Source: Dehalococcoidia bacterium (GTDB lineage: Bacteria; Chloroflexota; Dehalococcoidia; Plut-88900). From it: 64,000 nucleotides of DNA. How positions within the stretch are numbered: the first letter of the stretch is position 1; each line of letters begins with the position of its first letter. A model generated the notes under the pieces. The model saw nothing but the letters and a program-made list of their open reading frames with translations. It was not told where the DNA came from and ran no database searches. This document shows, piece by piece, positions 35,701 through 43,692 of this stretch. The position numbers and the translations under genes were made by a program. The stretch spans positions 640,001 through 704,000 of the forward strand of contig CBDBLV010000004.1 in NCBI GenBank assembly GCA_965207225.1, in the 5' to 3' direction.

Positions 35701-37973
35701 TTGGTGGTGGCCACCGTCAGCGCGGCGTAGCCCGCCGACGGGATGGTCACCGTCCGATGTTCCATGGATATCCCGGAGTCGTCGCTCTGCGACACCGTGA
35801 CGCTCACGTCCAGGTCCGCAGCCGGGGCCGGGTTGGCGCTGACCGTGAAGGTCGCGTCCCCGCCCTCGGTCACGTTGCCGTCGGCGGTCACGCTGATCAG
35901 CGGCACGGACGTGTTGGGCGCGGGCGTCTCGAAGTCCACCGTGAAGGTCTTCGGCGTCGCGCCGGCGGCCAGGGTCCGCACGGTGATCTTGTCCAGCTGG
36001 GTCGTCCCGTGAAGGACGGAGACCACGTAGTGCGACTGCGGGTCGAGGCCGGTGAGCTGGTGCTCGGTGGCGGTGGTCGTGACTTCCGTCAGGACCGGGA
36101 CGCCCGTGAAGCTCTCGTGCCAGACGACCAGGTAGGACGCGCCGTCCCCCTGCGGCTTCCAGGCGACGGTCGCCGTGGTGTCGGAGACGCGCTTGAGCTG
36201 CACCGGCGGCGGCGGCGGCAGGTCGTTGTTGGCGATATAGACCGAGGCGTAGCTCCTGAACCTGTTCAGCCGGTAGCCCTCGCCGAACTGCACCGTCGCG
36301 CCGAGCATCCCGTTGGAGCCCCAACCGGTGTCGTCGACGGTGGGGATGGTGAACGAGACGCTGCCGCCGGTGGGCACGTTGACCGTGCGCTCGCCCAGGT
36401 GCTGGGCGGCGACCACGGAGCCGGGGCCGGCCACGCCCACCCTGACGTCCAGCGGCGCGTCGGGCGCGGGGTTCACGGTGACCGTGTAGACCGCGTCCTC
36501 GCCCTCGGTGATGGTGCCGCCGGCGGCGCTGATCGACACCTCGGGCACACGCTCCACGATGACCGACGTGGGCTCCGCCTCCACCGGCGAGCCCGCCGCA
36601 AGCGTGGTGAAGCGAATCACCGGGCTGGCGGTGCTCAGCTGCGTCGCGCCGTGGTCGGCGTAGTAGACCACCGCCCGGTACTCGGTGTCCGGCTCCAGGT
36701 GGCGGATGTTCCAGGCCGGGTCGTTGGGCTCGGCCCCGAACCAGGCCTCGTCGGCCGGGACGCCGGGGAAGGGCGACGTGGTGGACCAGTAGCGCACCTC
36801 GTAGCCCTCGGCGCCGACCACCTGAGGCCAGCTCAGGTCGATGCCCGTGTCGGACAGGTTGGCGTAGCTCAGGTCGCCCACGCGCTCCACCACCGGGTCC
36901 GGCAGGTCGCCCAGCAGCCGCTGGCAGCCCACGCAGGAGCCCAGCGTGCGGTGGAAGCTGAAGCTGTCGGTGCGCACCGTCTTCGGCGGCGTCTCCGTCG
37001 AGATCTGGTTGTCGCTGCGCTCGTACAGCTTGTAGCCCTCGACCTGGAAGGTCACGTTGCCGACCACGTTGGCGCCGACGTGGACGTCGACCTGGACCGG
37101 CGTGCGGCTGACCGTGACCGAGCCGGCGCTGACGGCAGAGTCAGTTCTGAAGGTGTGCAGGTGCGAGGCGGCGGGGCTGGTGAACCAGACCCGGTGGGAC
37201 CGGAAGTACTCCGACGTGCCGCTCCGCAACAGCGGCTCGGCGAAGTCGGCGCTGATGGAGAAGCGCTTGTCCTGGTCCGCCGGCGGGTCGTTCTTCGTCC
37301 GCACCCAGAAGTAGTGCGCCTTGCGCCCCGTGTTCAGCGAGGCCGGGAAGGCCAGATTGAGCCCGCCGTCCTCGATGGACGTCCAGGTGGTCCCGTCGTC
37401 GATGGAGAACTCCAGGGTCTGCTCCCACTCGTCGTCGTCCCTGATGATGAGCGGCACCTGCACCTCGGGGTAGTCGAAGCCTCCCACCTGGTACAGCACG
37501 CCATTTTCATAGAAGTTGTGGCCGACGGCGTGGGGCCGGTGGATCAGGAACGTCCCGTGGTCGAAGGCGTCGCTGTCCTGCCCCGCGGCGAGGCTCACCG
37601 GACGCCACTTGTTGGCGTCGCTCTCGTAGACGGACTGCGACGAGAAGGGGCAGCCGTCGTGCCGGTCCAGCAGCGGGCCGGCGGTGCTGCCGTAGCCGAA
37701 ATGAATCCCATCCCGGCCAAGCCCTTCGACGATGGGGTCGCCCAGGTTGTAGGGGCTGCGGCTCCCGGTGTGGCACATCAGCCGGTCCCGGTCCGGTTTG
37801 CCCGGCCCGATGTAGCCGCCGTGGTGGCTGAGCGGCTCACCCACCTGGCTGGCGACGTAGAAGTGCCGGCGCTCGTGGGGGTCCACCGCCTGCCACTGGT
37901 AGGTCACCGCCGGGCCGCCCTCGGTCAGCGTGATCGTCGGCGGCGGGTCGTGCCTGTTGTAGTTGGCGATCAC
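32730..37973 (-). CDS. Giant surface protein/adhesin 2, C-terminal part (2 FN3-like domains, about 8 Calx-beta-like repeats, 2 helical domains)
   Basis: LSWPQV.GAEGYEVRY / LEPDTEY and LTGLDPQSHY FN3 motifs; 327-bp repeats; no signal peptide; probably the frameshifted continuation of 37970-41731. Confidence 0.85.
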   Translation of the reverse strand: MIANYNRHDPPPTITLTEGGPAVTYQWQAVDPHERRHFYVASQVGEPLSHHGGYIGPGKPDRDRLMCHTGSRSPYNLGDPIVEGLGRDGIHFGYGSTAGPLLDRHDGCPFSSQSVYESDANKWRPVSLAAGQDSDAFDHGTFLIHRPHAVGHNFYENGVLYQVGGFDYPEVQVPLIIRDDDEWEQTLEFSIDDGTTWTSIEDGGLNLAFPASLNTGRKAHYFWVRTKNDPPADQDKRFSISADFAEPLLRSGTSEYFRSHRVWFTSPAASHLHTFRTDSAVSAGSVTVSRTPVQVDVHVGANVVGNVTFQVEGYKLYERSDNQISTETPPKTVRTDSFSFHRTLGSCVGCQRLLGDLPDPVVERVGDLSYANLSDTGIDLSWPQVVGAEGYEVRYWSTTSPFPGVPADEAWFGAEPNDPAWNIRHLEPDTEYRAVVYYADHGATQLSTASPVIRFTTLAAGSPVEAEPTSVIVERVPEVSISAAGGTITEGEDAVYTVTVNPAPDAPLDVRVGVAGPGSVVAAQHLGERTVNVPTGGSVSFTIPTVDDTGWGSNGMLGATVQFGEGYRLNRFRSYASVYIANNDLPPPPPVQLKRVSDTTATVAWKPQGDGASYLVVWHESFTGVPVLTEVTTTATEHQLTGLDPQSHYVVSVLHGTTQLDKITVRTLAAGATPKTFTVDFETPAPNTSVPLISVTADGNVTEGGDATFTVSANPAPAADLDVSVTVSQSDDSGISMEHRTVTIPSAGYAALTVATTNDEVDEPDGSVTVTVDASANLDYRVSSSQGTAVVVVSDDDGGYTVNQGTIARVKELASQTQHGAAHVNRWNRVLLAFGEHDGTGVTGGPMTASEAQDMADNHSSPVWDLVVVELTALEAAAAQTPPPPPTPEVSITAGSGVTEGGDAVFTVTASPAPTANLDVSVTVSQSGDYGAATGQRTVTIPTTGSVTLTVGTTDDNADETDGSVTATVNAGSGYTVSSSQGAATVAVSDNDDASTPVVSVSAGGGITEGGSASFTVSANPAPAANLDVSVTVSQSGDYGATTGQRTVTIPTTGSVTITVGTTDDSADEADGSVTATVNAGSGYTVSSSQGAATAGVADNDDPVVEEQTGYTVDPDVIAKVRELASQTQHGTAHVNRWNRVLVAFGEHDGTGVTGGPMTAAEAQDMADKHSSPVWDEVVTELTALEAASAQTPPPPTPEVSVTAGSGITEGGDAVFTVTASPAPSSNLDVSVTVSQSGDYGATTGQRTVTIPTTGSVTLTVGTTDDTTDETDGSVTATVNAGSGYTVSSSQGAATVAVSDNDDAPTPVVSVTAGSGVTEGGDVVFTVTASPAPASNLAVSVTVSQSGDYGATTGQRTVTVPTSGSVTLTVGTTDDTTDETDGSVIATVNAGSGYTVSSSQGAATVGVSDNDDAPTPVVSVTAGSGVTEGGDAVFTVTASPAPASNLAVSVTVSQSGDYGATTGQRTVTIPTTGSVTLTVGTTDDTTDETDGSVIATVNAGSGYTVSSSQGAATVGVSDNDDAPTPVVSVTAGSGVTEGGDAVFTVTAIPAPAANLAVSVTVSQSGDYGATTGQRTVTIPTTGSVTLTVGTTDDSADETDGSVTATVNAGSGYTVSSSQGAATVGVADNDDAAPEVEITVTVEAASAVEGDVLEFRVRLSEASTEEIRIRWNTAPAYHLLDDRAHMTDYQYTEGELVFAPGVTELTAEVWLEYDDDEEPDEYFVVEAYLPGTLYPPDAVGTMTIKDDD
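33070..35310 (-). repeat. Near-identical 327-bp (109-aa) tandem coding repeats, also at ~25300-26280
   Basis: accaccggcgtgggggcgtcgtcgttgtcggacac recurs at 33394, 33721, 34048. Confidence 0.9.
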
Positions 37974-40900
37974 CCAGCCCGTCGTCGCACGTCGTTGCCC
38001 GACACCGTGCCCGCGCAGGTGCGGAACTGCACGAAGGCGTCGGCGGCCCCCAGGTTCAGGCCGATCTTGAGCGCCTCGGAGTGGGTGCTCCAGGAGACGG
38101 CGGGGTTGGGGTAGAGCGACCAGGAACTGTGGCCGTCGCCGATGCTCCAGCCCTCGGGCAGGCGCAGGCCCCGCAGGCGCTCGGAGTTCGACGCGGTGGC
38201 GCGAAGGGTGTACGTGCTGTTGGGCTGCACGGACGCGTCGTATACGTACACCCAGTAGGTGGTGTTCGGCTCCAGCCGCAGCCCCGAACCGTCGTCGCCC
38301 TGGTAGGTGAAGGTGAAGGTCCGATCGGCGCTGCCCACCGGCATGGAGGGGCGCGCCAGGTCGGCCAGGACGTCGGCGGCGGTACTGCCCGGCGAGCCGC
38401 CGGAGCCGGCCCAGATCTGTACCCTCAGATCACGGGCGGCGTTGGAGTCGCCGATCTCGGCAAACTCGACGTCGACGCTGTTGAGGCGGTAGTGGCCGCC
38501 GTTCTTGCCCGTCGTGAACGACTGCGCGCGGTCACGTACGGTACTGGCAGTCGTCACGGTCAACGCCGCGCCGTCCGCCTGGCCCAGGTTGCTCATCACC
38601 GCCGGCTCACCGGGCGGCGCGTTCACCGGCGTGGGCTCCACCCGGAACAGGGGCGAGATGCCGTAGAACGCGTGGTCCTGGGTGCTCGCGATGGTGTTGT
38701 AGCTGATGGGGCCGGTGTCCGCGTCGGTGGTCGAGAACCGTCCCCGCCGGGCGTTGCTGGCGCCCAGAGGGTTCGCCTCCTTCGCACCGTCGGTCCTGGT
38801 GCCCGTCCACGGCCAGTCGTTCGAGGTGCTCCTCTCGCCGCTCTCGAAGCGCCGGTCCGCCATCGCCCAGTTCTCCCAGGTGTCGGACCAGAAGCCGGCG
38901 TTGTTCGCCGCGACGCGCTCGCCGTTCAGCCACCAGACCTCCGCGTCCGTGTGCCCGGCGTTGTTGGGGTTGGTCCGGGTGTGGTCCCGGGCGTCCACCG
39001 CGGCGGTGGAGCCCACCACCCGGAAGTGGTCGGCGTAGCGCCGGACGGCGGCGTGCCCGTCGCGGGCCGCCTCCCGCACGTGGGCGTCGTAGACGCCGAT
39101 GTCGGCGGCGGTGGCGTCGCGGTGGTCTTCGGTCATGAACAGCAGCCGGAACGTCTCGCCCGCGCCCAGACCGAGCGGCTTCAGCGGCCAGTCGAAGGGC
39201 ACGGTGTAGGAACCGTCCGCGTGGGGCAGCAGCCGGCCGTTGACTCCCATCGACAGAGTGGAGCCGCCGACCAGGGTGATCCAGTTGCCGCCCCCCTGCG
39301 CGCGGATGCGAGCGTCGTTGTTGATGCTCCAGCCGGGCGCCGCGCCCTCGTCCTCGGAGTTGCTCTGCGTGAACTTCACCTGGCTGTTGCCTTCCGTGAG
39401 TCCGGCTGCGTCCAGCACGACCCAGTAGCGGGTGTCCGCCTCGAGCGCGACGCCCGGGTGCGTGAAGCTGTACGTGCCGGCCTGCCGGTTCACGAAGGCG
39501 GGATTGGCCAGGGTCCCCACGACCGTGCCGGGAGCCCCGTTGGCACCTTTGTGGACGGTGACCGTCAGCTTGGAGCCGAAGTCCTCGGTGGACCGGTTGA
39601 AGGCCACGTCCACGCTGGTCAGGGTGTACCCCGAGGGGTTGCCGCCGGTGTCGAAACCCTGCGCCAGGTCCACGTGCAGGCCCTGCACCAGGCCGCTCGA
39701 CTGGCCGGTGTTCTTCACCAGCGCCGGGTCGTCGTCCCGCACCCGGACCGTCGCCGTCCCCAGCGACGTGGCCAGGTCGTAGTCCGACCCGTCCACCAGC
39801 GTCACCGTGACCGAGCCGTGGGCTTCGTCCACGTCGTCGCCGGTGGTGGGGATCTCCAGCGTCGCGGTGCCCGAGTCCGGGATGGTGACGCTGGTGGGCA
39901 GGGTCCCGTACCCGAAGTCCCCGGTCGTGGCCACCGTCACGCTCACCGGCAGGTCCGCCGTGGGCGCCGGGACCGCCGTCAGCGTGAAGCTGGCGCTGAC
40001 GCCCTCGGTGACGGCGCCGCCGCCAAGGATGCTCACCCTCGACGGCCGCGGCTTGCTGACGCCGTCGAGGCTGATCTTCAGTGACGATACGTTGGGGGTC
40101 CACGCGCCCGTCGAGGAAGCCGTTCTCGTCCCGGCGCCGTCGGCGATGCTCCAGCCGGCCAGGCCCCCGCCGTCCTCGGCGTCCGAACCCGTCAGGCGTA
40201 CCCTCGAAGAACTCTGGCCGGCGTCCATGTCGATCACCAGGAAGTAGGTGGCGCTCCCCTCAAGGTCGATGCCCGCGCTGCTGGTGAAGGTCAGCGTCTG
40301 GTCCGAGGTGGAGGCGGGGAAGCTGGCGGGGTTGGTCAGGGTCCCCAGCGAGCTGCCCGGAGACCCGCCGGAGGCGGCGTGGATGCTGGCGGTCAGCGCC
40401 GAGGAACTGAAGGCGCTGTCGATGGTGGAGAACTCCACGTCGACGCTGTGCAGGCTGTAGCCGAAGCCGTTGGAGCCGGTGGTGAAGGCCTGGTGGAAGT
40501 CATTGCCCAGAAACGAGGTGCCTCCGTCCGCCTGGCCGGTGTTGGCGACGAAGGTCTCCGTCTCGACCGTCTCGACGGCCGTGCCGTGGATGGTCATCTT
40601 GCGGGACTGGCTGAACGAGGTCCAGGCGCCCGAGGTGTTCCAGGTCCGGTAGTGGCCGTCGTCGGCGATGGTCCAGCCGTCCGCGCCGCCGGCGTCCTCG
40701 GCGTCCGACCCGGTGTTCTGGATGGTGTTGGCGCCGGGCAACAGGACCAGGGTGACGTCCAGCACCGCCCAGTACGTGGTGTTCGCCGCGAGCGCCACGC
40801 CCGAGTGCGTGAAGCTGTTCGTGCCGGCGGCAATCGTGCCGGGCTTGGTCAGGGTGGCGACCACCGCGCCCGGCGCTCCGCTGCTGTCGCTTCTGATCTC

Positions 40901-41731
40901 GGCAGCCAGCTTCCCCGCCAGCCCGCCGTCGTTGATTTGCGGAAACGAGAAGTCGACGCCCGTCAGGGTGTACCCGCCGGCGTTGGCGCCCGTCGTGAAC
41001 GCCTGGGCGTGGTCGTGCTGGACGAAATTGCCGGTGCCGCCGTCCGCCTGCCCGAAGTTCGAAACCAGGAAAGGCTTGCTGACGCCGCCGAGGCTGAGTT
41101 TCGGTGATGACGTGCTGGTGGTCCATGCGGCTGTTGAGGAAAATGCTCTAAACAAAGTGCCGTCGCTGATGCTCCAACCGGCCAGGGCTCCGCTGTCCTC
41201 GGCGTCCGAAGTCGTCAAGCGCAGATTCGAAAAGGGCTCACCACTGCTAATGTCAATCACTAGGAAGTAGGTGGTACTCGCCGCAAGGTCGATGCCCGCG
41301 CTGGTGAAGGCCAGCGTCTGGTCCGAGCTGGAGACGGGAAAGCTGGCGGGCTTGGTCAGGGTCCCGAGGGAGCTGCCCGGAGACCCGCTGGAGTCGGTGT
41401 GGATGCTGGCGGTGAGGGATGAAGAGCTGAAGCCGCTGTGGATAGAGGCGAATTCCACGGCGACGCTGGTCAGGGAGTACCCACCCGGGTTGCTGCCGGT
41501 GGTGAAGGCGTGGGCGTAGTCATTGGACAGAGATGTAGCAGCCCCGTCTGCCTGGCCGGTGTTGCTGACGAAGGTCTGCGCGGTCTGCGCGTTAGCCTGC
41601 TCCGCCGGCGTCGCCGCGAACACCACCGCCAGCAGCGCGAGGGCGAGAAGCGCAATCCCAGGGCGCCTCATGAGAGAGAACCCCCACGAAATGCGGGGGG
41701 GGGGGGTGAAGCTCCGCAGCGCGTTGGTCAT
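37970..41731 (-). CDS. Giant surface protein/adhesin 2, N-terminal part (five choice-of-anchor-R-like repeats, Calx-beta-like and lectin-like domains)
   Basis: Signal peptide; five VSN.GQ.DG...AQ.FTTG.N..GY.L..V repeats; C12 tract in codons 9-13. Confidence 0.82.
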   Translation of the reverse strand: MTNALRSFTPPPRISWGFSLMRRPGIALLALALLAVVFAATPAEQANAQTAQTFVSNTGQADGAATSLSNDYAHAFTTGSNPGGYSLTSVAVEFASIHSGFSSSSLTASIHTDSSGSPGSSLGTLTKPASFPVSSSDQTLAFTSAGIDLAASTTYFLVIDISSGEPFSNLRLTTSDAEDSGALAGWSISDGTLFRAFSSTAAWTTSTSSPKLSLGGVSKPFLVSNFGQADGGTGNFVQHDHAQAFTTGANAGGYTLTGVDFSFPQINDGGLAGKLAAEIRSDSSGAPGAVVATLTKPGTIAAGTNSFTHSGVALAANTTYWAVLDVTLVLLPGANTIQNTGSDAEDAGGADGWTIADDGHYRTWNTSGAWTSFSQSRKMTIHGTAVETVETETFVANTGQADGGTSFLGNDFHQAFTTGSNGFGYSLHSVDVEFSTIDSAFSSSALTASIHAASGGSPGSSLGTLTNPASFPASTSDQTLTFTSSAGIDLEGSATYFLVIDMDAGQSSSRVRLTGSDAEDGGGLAGWSIADGAGTRTASSTGAWTPNVSSLKISLDGVSKPRPSRVSILGGGAVTEGVSASFTLTAVPAPTADLPVSVTVATTGDFGYGTLPTSVTIPDSGTATLEIPTTGDDVDEAHGSVTVTLVDGSDYDLATSLGTATVRVRDDDPALVKNTGQSSGLVQGLHVDLAQGFDTGGNPSGYTLTSVDVAFNRSTEDFGSKLTVTVHKGANGAPGTVVGTLANPAFVNRQAGTYSFTHPGVALEADTRYWVVLDAAGLTEGNSQVKFTQSNSEDEGAAPGWSINNDARIRAQGGGNWITLVGGSTLSMGVNGRLLPHADGSYTVPFDWPLKPLGLGAGETFRLLFMTEDHRDATAADIGVYDAHVREAARDGHAAVRRYADHFRVVGSTAAVDARDHTRTNPNNAGHTDAEVWWLNGERVAANNAGFWSDTWENWAMADRRFESGERSTSNDWPWTGTRTDGAKEANPLGASNARRGRFSTTDADTGPISYNTIASTQDHAFYGISPLFRVEPTPVNAPPGEPAVMSNLGQADGAALTVTTASTVRDRAQSFTTGKNGGHYRLNSVDVEFAEIGDSNAARDLRVQIWAGSGGSPGSTAADVLADLARPSMPVGSADRTFTFTYQGDDGSGLRLEPNTTYWVYVYDASVQPNSTYTLRATASNSERLRGLRLPEGWSIGDGHSSWSLYPNPAVSWSTHSEALKIGLNLGAADAFVQFRTCAGTVSGNDVRRRAG

Positions 41732-41913
41732 GTCGTCGAACCTCCTGTGTCGCCCGACTTATGCCGCGACGCCTGCGGGCGCTGGATCAGTAGTATTTCT
41801 AGCTCATGTCAATATATGTCGCAAGCGGCCAGTGTATATCATCCGCCAATCTGGGGTTCGTTGTCAATGGGGTCCGGGTTGGATTGGGGACGGAAAGGGA
41901 GGGCGGCGGCGCT

Positions 41914-41965
41914 GTGGTGGGCCTAAATTGACGTTAGGCAGAACCATCTTTGAGCTTTGGATGGG
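41914..41965 (+). repeat. 52-bp imperfect direct repeat, copy 2 (putative att junction)
   Basis: Matches 24768-24819; encodes GGPKLTLGRTIFELWMG. Confidence 0.75.
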
Positions 41966-42206
41966 GTTGTGACCGCTCGTGAGTGCTATGGATGCGATGC
42001 GTTGAGGAGGGAGGACATCGGTGCACATTGGTTTTTTGGATCACAGGGAAGAGTCTAACCGACTGATTCCGATACTGGGCACGAACTTTGGTCTATGCGA
42101 TGGGGGATCATCGGTCCGACAATCACAAAGCCCAGTTTGGCACTCAGAGACTGAGCATAGGCTTGAAGACAATATTGTTTAGATAAGTGGGAGAGAAGCG
42201 GACGAC

Positions 42207-42566
42207 TCAAGATGAGAGTTCAAATTGATCCCGTCGCCACTGCCACCATGTGAGGAAAGCGGTGACAGCGGCAAACAGGACGCCAGTCGCAATGATCGGG
42301 AGCATAAACATTAGCCAGTTATCGTTGTCTGCTCGAACAACATACCAACCCTGCGAGCGGGCGAGCACAAGCACTACCAAGCCGCCCACCGACCCTAAGA
42401 CACCGAGCCAAAGTCCTAAGATCAGACAACTGCGCACACTCGCTTTGTGAGCCACCAGCCCGGTCAGCCCTCCGGCGAAGATCGTCATCAAAGGAGGAGG
42501 CCCCAAGTACAGCAACGCTGCCAAGATGACATCCCAGATGCTAATGTCAAGATCAATTATCGGCAA
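42207..42566 (-). CDS. Small hypothetical membrane protein
   Basis: GGAGGAGG SD before TTG at 42566; 3-4 hydrophobic segments. Confidence 0.65.
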   Translation of the reverse strand: MPIIDLDISIWDVILAALLYLGPPPLMTIFAGGLTGLVAHKASVRSCLILGLWLGVLGSVGGLVVLVLARSQGWYVVRADNDNWLMFMLPIIATGVLFAAVTAFLTWWQWRRDQFELSS

Positions 42567-42804
42567 GTTTCCTCCTCCTATACATTCGGAGCAGGTGCTT
42601 AATTGGAAACCGTTAGCCCTCTTACGGATCATCCATGTTATCGGAACGGATCGCAAGCCGTAGTACAAAGAGTCCTTAGTTCGAGTTGTAACCGCCGACG
42701 GTACTCGAATGGTATGTGGAACCCGCTGGGATAGGCTCCAGGGTCATTCTTTTCAGTCTTGTAGGTGCTGAATCACAGCACCTACAAGCCCCGACAGAAT
42801 GTGA

Positions 42805-42833
42805 TTGACATACATAACCGTATGGGTTATAGT
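42805..42833 (+). promoter_or_regulatory. Sigma70-type promoter with overlapping operator palindrome; probably leaderless toxin mRNA
   Basis: TTGACA(42805)-17 bp-TATAGT(42828); ataacc-N5-ggttat at 42814-42830; ATG only 6 nt after the -10 box. Confidence 0.75.
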
Positions 42834-42839
42834 CGTGCA

Positions 42840-43184
42840 ATGTATCCGGTATTCTTCCACCAGCGGCCCAACGGTGCCATTCCCTATGAGGAGTACGTGC
42901 GGAACGTCTATCGGGCGGGGCAAAAGACCGAGGCGGCGAAAATCAGGGCATTCGTTGAACGCCTTGAGCAGGAAGGTTCGCAGCGTCTCGTTGGGAGGCG
43001 ATGGGCAGAAAAGATGAACGACGTATGGCAGCTTCGCGCTGGCCAGCACCGGATATTCTACTTCTGGGACTCAGAGGCCGAGCGGTACGTCATTCTAAAC
43101 GGCTTTCGAAAGAGGTCGCGTCGGACTCCACGCCCAGAGTTGGAGAGAGCAGAGAGTCTACGGGCTGAGTATCTGGGAAGATGA
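42840..43184 (+). CDS. Type II toxin, RelE/ParE superfamily (Gp49/HigB-like)
   Basis: VWQLRAGQHRIFYF...VILNGFRKRSRRTP..ELERA. Confidence 0.85.
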   Translation: MYPVFFHQRPNGAIPYEEYVRNVYRAGQKTEAAKIRAFVERLEQEGSQRLVGRRWAEKMNDVWQLRAGQHRIFYFWDSEAERYVILNGFRKRSRRTPRPELERAESLRAEYLGR

Positions 43185-43194
43185 GGAGAAGATC

Positions 43195-43608
43195 ATGAGA
43201 CGGCATGAGGTTGAGGATAGCCACGCCGAGTGGCTAGAGGACATTGAGTATCGGCAGGAGTTTGGTTCGGAGACCGCCAAGCTTGAGGTCGCGGCAGCAC
43301 TTGCAGACGCACGGGAGGCCGCCGGGATGACTCAATCGGTGCTGGCGGATCGAGCAAGAGTATCCCAGGCATACATCGCAAAGCTGGAGAGGGGTGACGC
43401 AAATCCCACTATTGGCCATATCGGACGACTGTTGGCCTGCATGGGATTGAAGCCTTCCGTCACCGTCGCTCCCATGGAGCCAGCCGCTTCCTCCGAATCT
43501 GTTGATGCAGGGAGCCAGGGAGACTCCAAGTTTGGGGCAGTCTACTCCGACGACCCCCTAGCTGAAGTCGCCGGTTCTTCCGTCGAGCAACCGTCGCCAG
43601 CGGTGTGA
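43195..43608 (+). CDS. XRE-family HTH antitoxin (HigA-like)
   Basis: AREAAGMTQSVLADRARVSQAYIAKLERGDANPTI; directly follows the toxin. Confidence 0.85.
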   Translation: MRRHEVEDSHAEWLEDIEYRQEFGSETAKLEVAAALADAREAAGMTQSVLADRARVSQAYIAKLERGDANPTIGHIGRLLACMGLKPSVTVAPMEPAASSESVDAGSQGDSKFGAVYSDDPLAEVAGSSVEQPSPAV

Positions 43609-43692
43609 AATCCCGACGGGGGATGAGCAAGGGAGACTTGGAGTTGGTGATCCCGAGCCGCCCACCTTTCTGGGTTTGAGGAGAAAAGGACA

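Larger units (their letters stand above)
24768..41913. mobile_element. Putative genomic island 1 (adhesin island); no integrase visible inside
   Basis: Bounded by the 52-bp repeats; adhesin genes visibly more GC-rich than the backbone. Confidence 0.5.

Noticed and set aside
34464-38114. Long + strand ORFs (1216 aa; also 30573-32582, 38081-40084, 24907-26307)
   Set aside because: Antisense shadows of GC-rich minus-strand genes; low-complexity translations with no motifs
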